From Alphaproteobacteria bacterium (GTDB lineage: Bacteria > Pseudomonadota > Alphaproteobacteria > RS24): 64,000 nt of DNA. The notes beneath the pieces are model-generated. The model saw only the letters and a list, made by a program, of their open reading frames with translations, did not search any database and had not been told where the DNA came from. Below are positions 11,071 to 21,794 of the stretch, piece by piece (positions within the stretch are counted from its first letter, which is position 1; every line of letters begins with the position of its first letter). Both the position numbers and the translations under genes were made by a program. The stretch spans positions 5,263 to 69,262 of the forward strand of contig CBFHSX010000004.1 in NCBI GenBank assembly GCA_965658615.1. The letters run 5' to 3'.

Positions 11071-12798
11071 TTACATATTCGGATAATTCGGCCCGCCGGC
11101 ACCTTCCGGCACCACCCAATTAATGTTTTGGCTCGGACATTTAATATCGCAGGTTTTGCAATGCACACAGTTTTGCGCGTTGATTTGCAGGCGCGGGTTA
11201 TCGCCATTATCATCGGCGACGATCTCATAAACACCGGCCGGGCAATAACGCTGCGCCGGTTCGTCATAATCGCGCAAATTGACCTCGATCGGCACAGATG
11301 CATCCTTCAGCGTCAAATGCGCCGGTTGGTCTTCTTCGTGATTGGTCGCCGACAAGAAGACCGATGACAGCTTGTCAAAGGCGACTTCATTATCATATTT
11401 CGGATAATCGATCGGCTTGCACTCAGAGGCCTTTTTCAGCGCTGCAAAATCCGGCTTGCCATGGCCCAGCGTGTAAGGCAGGCCAATTCCCAGCGTCCGC
11501 ATCCACATTTCGGCACCGCCCAATATCGTGCCGATGAAATTGCCGAATTTCGACAGCAGCGGCTTCACATTGCGGACCATTTTCAATTCTTTGGCGACGC
11601 GCGAATTGTCATACGCCTCTTGATAGGCGCTCAACTCGTCTTGCGCGCGCCCGCCCGTGACGGCGTCATAGGCGGCTTCGGCGGCCATAATGCCGCTTTC
11701 CATGGCGTTGTGAGACCCTTTAATGCGCGGCACATTGACAAAACCGGCCGAGCAACCGATCAGCGCACCGCCCGGAAAGGCCAGCTTGGGCACTGATTGA
11801 TAACCGCCCTCGGTGATGGCGCGGGCACCGTAAGATACACGCTTGCCGCCTTCGAGGATCGGCTTGATGGCCGGATGCATTTTGAAGCGCTGGAACTCAT
11901 CATAAGGGGACAGATGCGGATTTTGATAATTCAAATGCGTGACAAAACCGATGGAGACGAAATTATCACCAAAATGATACATCCACGAGCCACCGCCGGT
12001 TTTATTGTCGAGCGGCCAGCCCAAAGTGTGCTGCACAAAGCCCGGCTTGTGCTGCGACGGGTCGACCTGCCATAGCTCTTTAATGCCGATGCCGAATTTT
12101 TGGAAATCGCTATCCTTATCCAGCTCATAATTGGCAATCGCCGCTTTTGACATAGAGCCGCGCACGCCCTCACCGAGCAGCGTATATTTGGCCAGCAATT
12201 CCATGCCCGGCATCCAACCATCTTTTTTCTCGCCCTCTTTCGAGACGCCCATATCGCCGGTAGCGACACCGCGCACAGCGCCGTTTTCATCCATCAGCAA
12301 TTCAGCCGCGGCAAAGCCCGGATAGATTTCGACGCCGAGATTTTCAGCCTGCTCGGCCAACCAACGCGCCACATTGCCGAGGCTGGCAATGTAATTGCCG
12401 TGGTTTTTCATCAAAGGCGGCAGCATGAAATTCGGCAGCGGGAAGGCACCGGCCGGGCCGAGCACGAGGAATTTATCATCCGTCACTTCGGTTTCCAGCG
12501 GCGCACCCATTTCTTTCCAATTCGGAAACAAGCGTTCGATACCGACCGGGTCAATGACCGCGCCGGACAGAATATGCGCACCGATTTCCGAGCCTTTTTC
12601 CAGCACACAAACCGACACGTCCTCGCCTTTTTCGGCAGCCAATTGCTTCAGGCGAATGGCGGCGGACAGACCGGCGGGGCCACCACCGACAATCACAACA
12701 TCATATTCCATACCTTCGCGTTCTTCCGGCGCAAGGGCCCAGCCCTGACGCGCATTGACTTGGTTTACCGGCAAATCGCTCATTTTGAACTCCGTCAT
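11071..12798 (-). CDS. Electron transfer flavoprotein-ubiquinone oxidoreductase
   Basis: MEYDVVIVGGGPAGLSAA FAD motif, EKGSEIGAHILSGA, C-terminal 4Fe-4S CPAGVY...CVHCKTCDIKCP; start 12798 or 12783. Confidence 0.96.
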   Translation of the reverse strand: MTEFKMSDLPVNQVNARQGWALAPEEREGMEYDVVIVGGGPAGLSAAIRLKQLAAEKGEDVSVCVLEKGSEIGAHILSGAVIDPVGIERLFPNWKEMGAPLETEVTDDKFLVLGPAGAFPLPNFMLPPLMKNHGNYIASLGNVARWLAEQAENLGVEIYPGFAAAELLMDENGAVRGVATGDMGVSKEGEKKDGWMPGMELLAKYTLLGEGVRGSMSKAAIANYELDKDSDFQKFGIGIKELWQVDPSQHKPGFVQHTLGWPLDNKTGGGSWMYHFGDNFVSIGFVTHLNYQNPHLSPYDEFQRFKMHPAIKPILEGGKRVSYGARAITEGGYQSVPKLAFPGGALIGCSAGFVNVPRIKGSHNAMESGIMAAEAAYDAVTGGRAQDELSAYQEAYDNSRVAKELKMVRNVKPLLSKFGNFIGTILGGAEMWMRTLGIGLPYTLGHGKPDFAALKKASECKPIDYPKYDNEVAFDKLSSVFLSATNHEEDQPAHLTLKDASVPIEVNLRDYDEPAQRYCPAGVYEIVADDNGDNPRLQINAQNCVHCKTCDIKCPSQNINWVVPEGAGGPNYPNM

Positions 12799-13008
12799 TG
12801 GTGCTTGTCTTGGCGTAAGTATATAGCAGGTTTCCCGCAAGCGTCCTATGCCAAAACAGGCTGCGTTTTCCTGTCGCACATGGGCACGTAAGGGGCGTGT
12901 AGGGGGCACCGTTGTGCCGGAAATTGGGGATGAGGTGCTCGTTTGTGTTGAAACCATCTGCAATTCATGGGAATCAAGGCCATGATGGTGCAGGAGCCGT
13001 AAAACATA

Positions 13009-13908
13009 ATGACCGCATTAACCCAGGCTGAAATCATAGACATGCTGCGCCAGCACGTGCAAGGCGGCTGCACGGATGTGTTGGCCGATGCGCCGGTGAA
13101 CCATTTCGCCGAGCAGGCACCGACACCGGCTTCTGCGGCAGTGCCGCAAGCCGAACCGGGCGCGCCGCATGGGCTGAGCGAAAGCCCCGCGCCTATGGCT
13201 GCCGCCGCCCCGCAGGACACAGCCCCGCCAATGGGCAGCGCCCTCGCCCCGAGCAAGAGACCGACCCAGCCCGTCACCGCTTCAGCACCGGTAAAGGCGG
13301 ATGATAATGCGCTGCAAACAGCCGCTGATCTGGCCGCCGAGGCCGACACGTTGGAGGCGCTGCGCGACGCCATGGCCGGGTTTGACGGCTGCGGGCTTAA
13401 AACAACGGCGAAAAATTTGGTGTTTAGCGACGGCGTTGCCACTGCCGATATTATGATTATCGGCGAAGCGCCCGGCCAAGATGAGGACCGACAGGGCAAA
13501 CCCTTTGTCGGGCGCGCCGGGCAATTGCTGGATAAAATGCTGGCCGCGATCGGCCTCGACCGCGCCGACAATCTGTATATCACAAATGTCGTGCCGTGGC
13601 GGCCGCCGGGCAATCGCACCCCGTCGCTTGACGAGATTGCGCTGTGCAAGCCCTTCATCACCCGCCATATTGACCTTGTGCAACCGAAAATCCTGCTGCT
13701 GGTCGGCAATATCTCGAATAAAACGCTGCTGGATACAAGCATTGGCATCACCAAATTGCGCGGCCAATGGCAGGAATATGAGGGCGCGGCGGGCGCGATT
13801 AAAGCCCTGCCGCTGCTGCATCCGGCCTATGTGCTGCGGCGCCCGGAAACCAAAATCGATGTCTGGGCCGATTTGTGCCGCCTGAAACAAGAATTATTGA
13901 ACGCATGA
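13009..13908 (+). CDS. Uracil-DNA glycosylase, family 4-like
   Basis: IGEAPGQDEDRQGKPFVGRAGQLLD, WRPPGNRTP, HPAYVLR; Ala/Pro-rich N-terminal linker. Confidence 0.93.
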   Translation: MTALTQAEIIDMLRQHVQGGCTDVLADAPVNHFAEQAPTPASAAVPQAEPGAPHGLSESPAPMAAAAPQDTAPPMGSALAPSKRPTQPVTASAPVKADDNALQTAADLAAEADTLEALRDAMAGFDGCGLKTTAKNLVFSDGVATADIMIIGEAPGQDEDRQGKPFVGRAGQLLDKMLAAIGLDRADNLYITNVVPWRPPGNRTPSLDEIALCKPFITRHIDLVQPKILLLVGNISNKTLLDTSIGITKLRGQWQEYEGAAGAIKALPLLHPAYVLRRPETKIDVWADLCRLKQELLNA

Positions 13909-15686
13909 GCCGGCCCGCCAAACCTTTTATCGCCGCGCTTTTCGCGGCTGGTCTGATGTCGGGCACATTATGGTCGACGCCGACCCATGCCGTGACCCCG
14001 CCGCCGCCGCGCCCGGCCAATGTCGCAGCCAGCGAATTGCCCGATGCGATTTTGTACAAGAATATTTTCGCCCTGCAAAACAATGCCAAATGGAACCACG
14101 CCGACCGGCTGATACGGCAATTGGACGATGAGATATTGATGGGCCATGTGCTGTTTCAGCGTTATATGCACCCGACCGGCTATCGCGCGCGCTGGCCCGA
14201 ATTGCGCGATTGGTTGAAGGCATATGCCGACCACCCGCGTGCTTGGCAGGTTTATAAGCTGGCGCAAAAGCGCAAACCGCGCGGCGTGTCGATGCCGAAA
14301 CGACCACCGGCGCGCGCCTATTTCAATGAAAAATTGTCCAGTGGCAGCGCATTATTCCAGACCCGCACCAAGCGGCGCATTAAAGGCCGCGTACAATGGA
14401 TGGTGCGTAATGAACGCCCGACACAAGCGCTGAAATATATTGGCGAGCGGCAGCAAAATCGACGCTTGAAAGCGGCCGAGACCGATTTCCTGAAATCGCT
14501 GATTGCGCGCTCTTATTATATTGAGGGCAAAGTGCCCGAAGCCTTGGAACTGGCCAAGCAGGCCACGCGCTCGCGCCGCTATATCCAAATGGCCGATTGG
14601 CACGCCGGTCTCGCGGCTTATCGGCTGGGGCAAATGGATGTGGCATTGATGCATTTCGAGCAATTGGCCGATAATCGCACGGCCAGCGACAGGCTGCGCG
14701 CGCGCGGCTCGTTTTGGGCGGCGCGCGTTCTGCGCGCGCAAGGCGAGATACCGCGTGCCGAGGCGCATTTGCGCGCCGCCGCCGCCACCGGCGCGCATTT
14801 TTATGCGCTCTTGGCCATGCAGCAAACCCGCAATGGGCTGACCATTGATTGGCGGCGCGCCGATGACAATACGGGAAAGCTGTTTGCTACCCACCCGGCC
14901 CTGCAACGCGCCGACGCGCTACGCCAAGCCACGCAAGACGAATTGGCGGAACTGGAATTGCTGTATCTGCACGAGCGCATTAATGACACGGAAGCGCGCG
15001 CGCTTTTGTCTTATGCGCGCGACAATAATTACCCCGCCGTGCAATTGGCCCTGGCCGGTCGGCTTGGCAATCGCTTCCCCAATGGCCTGCCACTTCCGCT
15101 TTATGAAAGCAGCTACCCGGTGCCCGATTTGGGCGGCACGGAAGTTGACCGCGCGCTTCTATTGGCGTTGATACGCCAAGAAAGCCGCTTTAAGGCGCAT
15201 GCCAAATCGCATGCGGGCGCGCGCGGGCTGATGCAAATCATGCCCGGCACTGCGGCCTTCGTGACCGGCGACCGCAGCCTGTATCGTCGCTCGGGCCGAG
15301 ATCAATTATTGGATATGGATCTCAATCTCGAAATCGGTCAGGATTATCTGCAAATGCTGATGAGCGAAAACCAGTTTGGCGGCAATCTGATTTTCACCCT
15401 CGCCGCATATAATGGCGGGCCGGGCAATGTGCGGCGGTGGCGGCGCGAATTGACGGACGTCACTGACCCGCTTTTATTCGTCGAAAGCCTGCCGGCACCC
15501 GAAACGCGCGGCTATATTCATAAAGTGATGGCGAATATTTGGATTTACCGCGACCGCCTCGGCCAGGAGCCGATCAGCCAGCGTATCTTGGCGGCCGAAA
15601 GCTGGCCGCTCTATCACGCGCAGGATGGCGGCATTAAAGAAAAAGGGCCCGCAGCGCAGGCCCTCATCACAAGTTCAAAAAACTAA
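13905..15686 (+). CDS. Soluble lytic transglycosylase (Slt-like)
   Basis: Signal peptide; RQESRF, GARGLMQIMPGTA, AAYNGGPG, ETRGY; ATGA overlap with the UDG stop. Confidence 0.92.
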   Translation: MSRPAKPFIAALFAAGLMSGTLWSTPTHAVTPPPPRPANVAASELPDAILYKNIFALQNNAKWNHADRLIRQLDDEILMGHVLFQRYMHPTGYRARWPELRDWLKAYADHPRAWQVYKLAQKRKPRGVSMPKRPPARAYFNEKLSSGSALFQTRTKRRIKGRVQWMVRNERPTQALKYIGERQQNRRLKAAETDFLKSLIARSYYIEGKVPEALELAKQATRSRRYIQMADWHAGLAAYRLGQMDVALMHFEQLADNRTASDRLRARGSFWAARVLRAQGEIPRAEAHLRAAAATGAHFYALLAMQQTRNGLTIDWRRADDNTGKLFATHPALQRADALRQATQDELAELELLYLHERINDTEARALLSYARDNNYPAVQLALAGRLGNRFPNGLPLPLYESSYPVPDLGGTEVDRALLLALIRQESRFKAHAKSHAGARGLMQIMPGTAAFVTGDRSLYRRSGRDQLLDMDLNLEIGQDYLQMLMSENQFGGNLIFTLAAYNGGPGNVRRWRRELTDVTDPLLFVESLPAPETRGYIHKVMANIWIYRDRLGQEPISQRILAAESWPLYHAQDGGIKEKGPAAQALITSSKN

Positions 15687-15706
15687 AGCGTTTCTAGCGA
15701 GGCGTC

Positions 15707-16189
15707 CTAATTGAGACGATTGCCGATATCGGCAATATTCTCATCGACCAGTTTAGTGGCGGTGTCGGCATTCATGCCGGTGGCCACCAAATGGGCTGCG
15801 GCGTCAATCGCCAAAGCGGTGATGGCGGCGCGTACTTCTTTCTGCAATTGCTCTTCAGCGCGGGCGATTTTGCTCTCGGCCTGTGCCGTCCGGCGGGCCA
15901 ATGCGCCCTGCATTGCATCGCGCGCTTCTATCGCCGTGCGCTCAGCCGTTTCCTTAGCTTGTGCGACAATCTCTTCGGCCTGTTTTTCGGCCTGCTTGCG
16001 CTGGCTTTCATAATCGGCCAGCACTTTTTCAGCTTCCTCGCGCAACGCCTTGGCATCGGCCAATTGCTTGGCAATCTCGGCCGATTTATCGTCCAGCGAT
16101 TGCATGACCTTTTTCGGCAGACCGATATAAAGGAACGCCCCGATAACGGTGGCGAAGGACAGGGCTACAAAAAAGCTTTCGTCAAACAT
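15707..16189 (-). CDS. atpF: F0 ATP synthase subunit b
   Basis: N-terminal TM plus coiled coil; last gene of the atpIBEF'F operon. Confidence 0.93.
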   Translation of the reverse strand: MFDESFFVALSFATVIGAFLYIGLPKKVMQSLDDKSAEIAKQLADAKALREEAEKVLADYESQRKQAEKQAEEIVAQAKETAERTAIEARDAMQGALARRTAQAESKIARAEEQLQKEVRAAITALAIDAAAHLVATGMNADTATKLVDENIADIGNRLN

Positions 16190-16204
16190 TCATCTCACTC
16201 CGGC

Positions 16205-16690
16205 TTATTCGGCAGCCACGGCGTCCAGCGCCTTGGCGATTTTTGCGTTATCGGTTTTATCCGCCCCAATCGCGTCCATCACATCGCCGACAATATCCGT
16301 GGCGGCGTCGCGCAGACCCTGCATGGCAGCGTCGCGAGCAGCGGCGAGACGGGCATCGGCGTCAGCCGCTTGCTCGGCCAATTTGGCATCGAGCTCGGCT
16401 TTTTGACGATCGGTTTCCGCCTGCACCTCAGCGCGCATTTCTTGAGCCAGGCCGAGCGCCTTTGTGCGCGCTTCGGCCAGAGCCTCTTCATAGGCTTTGA
16501 GGGCCGCTTCTGCCTTGTCCCGCAATTTTTCGGCCTCTGCCAAATCACCGTCTAGCTGACCGGCGCGCGCCGACATGGTTCCGGTAATACGCGGAATCAC
16601 GACCAGTGCCATGACCAGATAAAGAGTGACAAAACAAATCGCCAGCCAGAATAGCTGGGAGCCAAAAGTGCTTGGGTCAAGCTGTGGCAT
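16205..16690 (-). CDS. atpF2: F0 ATP synthase subunit b'
   Basis: MPQLDPSTFGSQLFWL N-terminus typical of alphaproteobacterial b'. Confidence 0.93.
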   Translation of the reverse strand: MPQLDPSTFGSQLFWLAICFVTLYLVMALVVIPRITGTMSARAGQLDGDLAEAEKLRDKAEAALKAYEEALAEARTKALGLAQEMRAEVQAETDRQKAELDAKLAEQAADADARLAAARDAAMQGLRDAATDIVGDVMDAIGADKTDNAKIAKALDAVAAE

Positions 16691-16736
16691 AAGCGGCCTC
16701 CTTCAGCCGTTAAAAACTGCGTTATTGTCTAATTAA

Positions 16737-16964
16737 TTAGACAACGAACAGCAGGATAAGGGCAATAATCAGACCGAACAGACCTGTTGCTTCAGCCAGA
16801 GCAAAGCCCAGGAGCAGGTTCGGGAATTGGCTTTGTGCGGCGCTCGGATTGCGCAGGGCACCGGCCAAGAAATTACCGAAAATCGTACCGATTGCCATAC
16901 CGGCACCTGCCAGTGCGATACATGCGATACCGGCACCGATATATTTTGCTGCTTCTGCTTCCAT
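16737..16964 (-). CDS. atpE: F0 ATP synthase subunit c (H+-type)
   Basis: ALRNPSA loop, GFALAEA catalytic Glu; RBS GGAGG before ATG 16964. Confidence 0.98.
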   Translation of the reverse strand: MEAEAAKYIGAGIACIALAGAGMAIGTIFGNFLAGALRNPSAAQSQFPNLLLGFALAEATGLFGLIIALILLFVV

Positions 16965-17009
16965 GGTTTTAACCTCCAAAATTGCCCGTAGGCGTTAGTT
17001 AAGTTTCAA

Positions 17010-17786
17010 TTAGTGATCCATATGGATGGCTTCGTTGAGATAAATACAAGTCAGAATGGTGAACACATAGGCCTGCAAGCCCGCGATCAGCAATTCCAGA
17101 CCGGTAAAGGCGACCATTAGCGCGAAAGGCGCAATGGCCAGCGGAATGAGGCCGGCCGAGCCAAGACCGACAACAAAGCCACCAAAAATTTTCAGCATGG
17201 TATGGCCGGCCATCATATTGCCGAACAAACGAACTGACAAGCTGACCGGACGGGTCAGATAGGAAATAACCTCAATTACCACCAGCAAGGGCAACAGGAA
17301 AACCGGAATGCCCGACGGCACAAACAGTTTCAAAAAGCCAATGCCGTGACGCGCAAAGCCGACGCCGGTAATCAGGAAAAATACCGTTGCCGCCAGCGCG
17401 AAGGTCACGATCAGATGGCTGGTCACGGTGAAGCTATAAGGCACCATGCCGAGCATGTTGCAAAACAGGATGAACATGAAGAGCGAGAAGATGAAGGGGA
17501 AATATTTCATCCCTTCCGTGCCGGCGTTTTCTTTCACCATATTGGCAACGAAGCTATAGCACATTTCGCCGAGAAGCTGCAGGCGGCCCGGCACAATCGA
17601 GGTGCGGCGCGATGCGGCGATCATAAACAGGCTGGCGAGGCCGACGGCCAGCACCATCCACAGCGATGAATTGGTGAAAGAGGTATCAATACCGGCAATA
17701 CGGGGAAGTTCGACAATCGGATACACCTCAAACTGGTGCATCGGATCCAGACCAGAGCCACCTTCTGCGTTACTTTTACCAGCCAC
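17010..17786 (-). CDS. atpB: F0 ATP synthase subunit a
   Basis: SFTNSSLWM, RPVSLSVRLFGNMMAGH, LQAYVFTILTCIYL. Confidence 0.98.
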   Translation of the reverse strand: MAGKSNAEGGSGLDPMHQFEVYPIVELPRIAGIDTSFTNSSLWMVLAVGLASLFMIAASRRTSIVPGRLQLLGEMCYSFVANMVKENAGTEGMKYFPFIFSLFMFILFCNMLGMVPYSFTVTSHLIVTFALAATVFFLITGVGFARHGIGFLKLFVPSGIPVFLLPLLVVIEVISYLTRPVSLSVRLFGNMMAGHTMLKIFGGFVVGLGSAGLIPLAIAPFALMVAFTGLELLIAGLQAYVFTILTCIYLNEAIHMDH

Positions 17787-17789
17787 GCC

Positions 17790-18128
17790 TTACTCCTCAT
17801 CTTTGCGGCTTTGCGCCGCCTCTAGCGCGTCCTGCTTACGGCGCATTTCATTCACCGTGCGGACCGAATTCATCAAACCGGCACCCATACCGAGCACCAA
17901 CATCAGCAACATAAAAATGGGTTTGGTGCCCAGCACCTTATCCATCCACCAGCCGATAAAACCACCGACGCCAATCCCGGCCAGCATCTCAATGGTCAAG
18001 CGCCAGGCGAGACCCAACATGCTGGCATTGGCGCGACCCGGCTCCTTCGGCTGCAATCGCTGCCGTCCGGCGGAAAGTTTCTCGTCCAATTCCTTAAGAC
18101 GATCCTGCTCATCATCGTGCCGAGCCAT
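17790..18128 (-). CDS. atpI: AtpI/AtpZ family protein
   Basis: Two TM segments, GWWMDKVLGTKP; RBS AAAGGAG before ATG 18128. Confidence 0.9.
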   Translation of the reverse strand: MARHDDEQDRLKELDEKLSAGRQRLQPKEPGRANASMLGLAWRLTIEMLAGIGVGGFIGWWMDKVLGTKPIFMLLMLVLGMGAGLMNSVRTVNEMRRKQDALEAAQSRKDEE

Positions 18129-18226
18129 CGTCTCATCTCCTTTGACTTGCAGTTCCGGCACAAAGTTCCCGAAACCGCCTGAAAAACGCCTCAAAACCGA
18201 GGTTTTCCGCCATCCAGTTGAGGCGC

Positions 18227-18255
18227 ACACTAGTTTCTAAATCGGCGAATGTCAA
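18227..18255 (-). promoter_or_regulatory. Strong sigma70 promoter of the F0 operon
   Basis: Minus strand TTGACA(18255-18250)-N17-TAGTGT(18232-18227); the leader has an 8-bp inverted repeat CGCCTCAA(18187-18194)/TTGAGGCG(18218-18225). Confidence 0.7.
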
Positions 18256-18270
18256 GCCGCGTTTAATACT

Positions 18271-21200
18271 CTAAGCAGTTGATTTTATTTCATCTTTTGC
18301 AGCATCGGCGTTTTTGTCGCGAGCGGTTTCGGCAAATTGCTCGGCCGTCGACAAATCAACCGATAAAAGCTGGCTGACGCCGCGCTCTTGCATGGTCACA
18401 CCAAACAGCCTGTCCATGCGCGCCATGGTCAAGGCGTGGTGGGTAATCAGCAGGAAGCGCGTGCCGGTTTCCTCGGAAATTTCCTTCACCAAATTGCAGA
18501 AACGCTCGACATTGGCGTCATCGAGCGGCGCGTCCACCTCATCAAGCACACAAATCGGTGACGGATTGGTCAAGAAGACAGCGAAAATCAACGCCATGGC
18601 TGTCAGCGCTTGCTCGCCGCCCGACAAAAGCGACATGACTTGCGGCTTTTTGCCCGGCGGGTTGGCGATAATTTCAAGCCCCGCTTCCAATGGGTCATCG
18701 CTTTCGGTCAAACTCAACTCAGCCGCGCCGCCGCCGAATAATTGCGTGAACAGGCGTTTGAAATGGCCGTTCACCGTATCGAAAGCAGCCAGCAGACGTT
18801 GGCGTCCCTCGCGGTTCAACTGGCCAATGCCGTGACGCAGCTTGTTGATCGCCGCCGTCAATTCTTCGTGCTCCGCCGTCATAGTGGTGATTTGCGTCTC
18901 GATCTCTTCGGCCTCATCCTCGGCGCGCAAATTGACGCCGCCGAGATTTTCGCGCTCGCGGCGCAATTTCTCGAGCTTGGTCTCCATCGCCTCGACATCG
19001 GGGAAGGGTTTTTCCGGATCATGGCCCGACACAGCCAGCGCCTTATCCGGCTCAATGCGGAGCGCCTCGCGAATCCGTTGACCGGCTTCCTCGACGCGCA
19101 ATTTATTGGCCTCGAGCGTCGCCTCCAGACGGGCTTGCGTTTCGCGTGCCTCGCCGGATAGGGCTTGCGTCTCGCGCACTTGCTTATCGGCGGCGGCCAA
19201 ATCGGTTTCCGCCATGGCCAGTGCATCGGCGGCGGCTTGGCGCTTGGCCTCAGCCTCGACGATTAAATCGGCCAGCTTACCGCGCTTTTCCGCCAGGGCG
19301 GCAGGCACGTCTTTATATTCAGCGATCTCGGCCGTGCTTGCGGTTTCGCGCGCGGCCAAAGCGGCAATTTGTGCCGTCGCAGCGGTTTGGCGACCTGTCC
19401 ATTGCGCGATATCCTCGGCAATGCGTTTGAGGCGCATATCGCGCGCTTCGCGACGGCTTTTTAAGCCGTCCAATTCGGCGCGCGCCTGCGCTTGCACGCT
19501 TCGCGCTTCATCCATCTCGCCGCGCTTGGTCTCGACCGCCGTCAATAAGTCACGCTCGCCGCCCAGAGCCTGCAAATCCTCGGACGCCGTGGCTTCGGCT
19601 TTTTCGATCTCGCTCAAATCCTCGCCAATGCGGACAAGGCTGGCTTCCAGCGCCGTCAGCTTGGCGTTTTGTGTGGCGACGGCGGCCTCGGCTTCGGCCA
19701 AGTGCTTCTGCGCGCTGGCAGCTGCGCCTTGCGCAGCTTTGGCGGCCTGACGCGCCTCGTCCTGCGCCGTACTGGCGGTCTCAACCGCCTCGCGTGCATT
19801 GTCCAATGTGGTTTTGGCTGCGTCAGCGGCGTTTTCAGCGGCATCAATGTCACCGCTCAATTCATCCAGACGATTGCGCTGCGCCAGACGTGTCGCCGCC
19901 GCACTCGGCGCATCGGCCGCGGCGCAATAGCCGTCCCAGCGCCACAAATCACCATTGCGCGACACCAGCTTTTGGCCCGGCAGCAATTTGTCTTGCAGCG
20001 CGTCCCCGACTTCTTTATCGACCAGACCGACTTGGCTTAGGGTCCGCGTCAACAGACTGGACCCCGCAACATAAGCCGATAAGGGCTCAATGCCGTCGGG
20101 CAGCTTCTGCTCCGGCGCCGTGCTGCCAAGCCCGCCCCAAAAGACCGGCGCATTCGTGTCGGGCGAGGCTTCCAACTCATCACCCAAAGCCGCGCCCAAC
20201 GCCGCTTCATAACCGGCACTCACCGTCACATCATCGACCAGCGCCGGATAGGCATCCTCATCGGTTTGCGCGAATAGCCGCGCCAGCGCATCGCGCTCGC
20301 CGACCAGACGTTCAAGCGCAGCGCGCGCTTCACGCGCCGGATCACCGGCGGCACTTTGTGCCTCGCGGGCCGCGCGATAAGCCGCTTCTGCATCGTTCAG
20401 CGCTTGCTGGGCTTGCGTTTCCTGCGCCTGCAAATCTTCCAATTCACTGCGCCGCGCCGCCACATCGAAATCCGACGCAATCGCGTCTTCAATATCAGCG
20501 CGTGTGTTTTCGGCCTGCGTCTTCTCAGCTTGCAATTTCTCGCGGCGGTTCAAATTGGCGTTCAGCGATTGCTCCAAAGCCTGCTTGCGGGCGCGAAACT
20601 CGGCCGCCGCTTGCGAGGCCGCGTCATAGGCTTCCTCGCACGCCGCCATAAGGCCGGCGGCGGCGTCAAGTCGGGCCGCGGCTTGCTGCTCGGCTTCTGA
20701 TTCATCATCGGAAATCGAGGCGCGCATTTCCGCCTCTTCTTCACCAAGCCGCGTCAATTGCTCTTGCGCGTCGGCAAGCGCTTGTTTCTCACGCGCCGTA
20801 TCCTGGCTTATTGTGGCGATTTGCTCTTCCAGCCGCGCAATCATTTGCGTCGCGCGTTCGGCTTCGGCATCCAGACTTTCCTGCTCCAACGTCAGGCGAC
20901 GTAGACCGGCCGCTGCACCGGCTTCGCCATCGCGCAATTCAGGCAAAGCTGCTTGCGCTGTGCTTTGCGCCGTGCTGGCCGAGGCCGACGCGACCCCGGC
21001 TTCCGACACGGCTTTGCGCGCGCTCATCAGCAGGCTCTCGCTTTCCTCGACCATGTCAACCGCTTGCTGCCAGCGCAAATGCAAGGACAGCGCCTCGACC
21101 TCACGAATTTGGCCGGAGATATTTTTATAGCGCGTCGCTTGGCGGGCTTGGCGTTTCAGCTGGCGCAATTGGGTTTGCAGATTATTGATTGTCTCTTCCA

Positions 21201-21780
21201 GCTTTTCCAGATTGCTTTCCGCCCCGCGCAGGCGCAATTCGGCCTCATGGCGGCGCGAATGCAGACCTGAAATCCCCGCCGCTTCTTCAAGGATACGCCG
21301 CCGTGCTTCCGGCTTGGAATTGATGATCTCGCCGATTTGCCCCTGCTTGACCAGCGAGTTGGAGCGCGCGCCGGTCGAGGCATCAGCAAACATGAGCTGC
21401 ACGTCACGGGCGCGCACATCGCGACCGTTAATGCGATAGGCCGAACCGGCATCACGCTCAATGCGGCGCACAACTTCCAGCGCATCACTATCGTTAAATT
21501 CGGGCGTCGCCTGGCGGGCGCTATTATCCATGGTCAGCAGCACTTCGGCGTGGTTGCGCGAGGGCCGCGTATTGGTGCCGGCGAAAATCACATCTTCCAT
21601 GCCCGCGCCGCGCATGGATTTATACGAGGTCTCGCCCATCACCCAACGCAGCGCTTCCAGCAAATTCGATTTGCCGCAGCCATTCGGCCCGACAATGCCG
21701 GTCATGCCCGGCAAAATGTCGAGATCGACCGGGTCGACAAAGGACTTAAATCCGGAAAGGCGAAGACGATCAAATTTCAT
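18271..21780 (-). CDS. smc: Chromosome segregation protein SMC
   Basis: LSGFKSF, Walker A GPNGCGKSN, long coiled coils with hinge, LSGGE signature, LDEVDAPLD Walker B. Confidence 0.98.
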   Translation of the reverse strand: MKFDRLRLSGFKSFVDPVDLDILPGMTGIVGPNGCGKSNLLEALRWVMGETSYKSMRGAGMEDVIFAGTNTRPSRNHAEVLLTMDNSARQATPEFNDSDALEVVRRIERDAGSAYRINGRDVRARDVQLMFADASTGARSNSLVKQGQIGEIINSKPEARRRILEEAAGISGLHSRRHEAELRLRGAESNLEKLEETINNLQTQLRQLKRQARQATRYKNISGQIREVEALSLHLRWQQAVDMVEESESLLMSARKAVSEAGVASASASTAQSTAQAALPELRDGEAGAAAGLRRLTLEQESLDAEAERATQMIARLEEQIATISQDTAREKQALADAQEQLTRLGEEEAEMRASISDDESEAEQQAAARLDAAAGLMAACEEAYDAASQAAAEFRARKQALEQSLNANLNRREKLQAEKTQAENTRADIEDAIASDFDVAARRSELEDLQAQETQAQQALNDAEAAYRAAREAQSAAGDPAREARAALERLVGERDALARLFAQTDEDAYPALVDDVTVSAGYEAALGAALGDELEASPDTNAPVFWGGLGSTAPEQKLPDGIEPLSAYVAGSSLLTRTLSQVGLVDKEVGDALQDKLLPGQKLVSRNGDLWRWDGYCAAADAPSAAATRLAQRNRLDELSGDIDAAENAADAAKTTLDNAREAVETASTAQDEARQAAKAAQGAAASAQKHLAEAEAAVATQNAKLTALEASLVRIGEDLSEIEKAEATASEDLQALGGERDLLTAVETKRGEMDEARSVQAQARAELDGLKSRREARDMRLKRIAEDIAQWTGRQTAATAQIAALAARETASTAEIAEYKDVPAALAEKRGKLADLIVEAEAKRQAAADALAMAETDLAAADKQVRETQALSGEARETQARLEATLEANKLRVEEAGQRIREALRIEPDKALAVSGHDPEKPFPDVEAMETKLEKLRRERENLGGVNLRAEDEAEEIETQITTMTAEHEELTAAINKLRHGIGQLNREGRQRLLAAFDTVNGHFKRLFTQLFGGGAAELSLTESDDPLEAGLEIIANPPGKKPQVMSLLSGGEQALTAMALIFAVFLTNPSPICVLDEVDAPLDDANVERFCNLVKEISEETGTRFLLITHHALTMARMDRLFGVTMQERGVSQLLSVDLSTAEQFAETARDKNADAAKDEIKSTA

Positions 21781-21794
21781 AATCGAAGGACCCT

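Noticed and set aside
13360-13720. UDG missing two of the four family-4 Fe-S cysteines (FDGC instead of CxxC)
   Set aside because: Real, but as far as I know common among alphaproteobacterial orthologues, so not special to this window.
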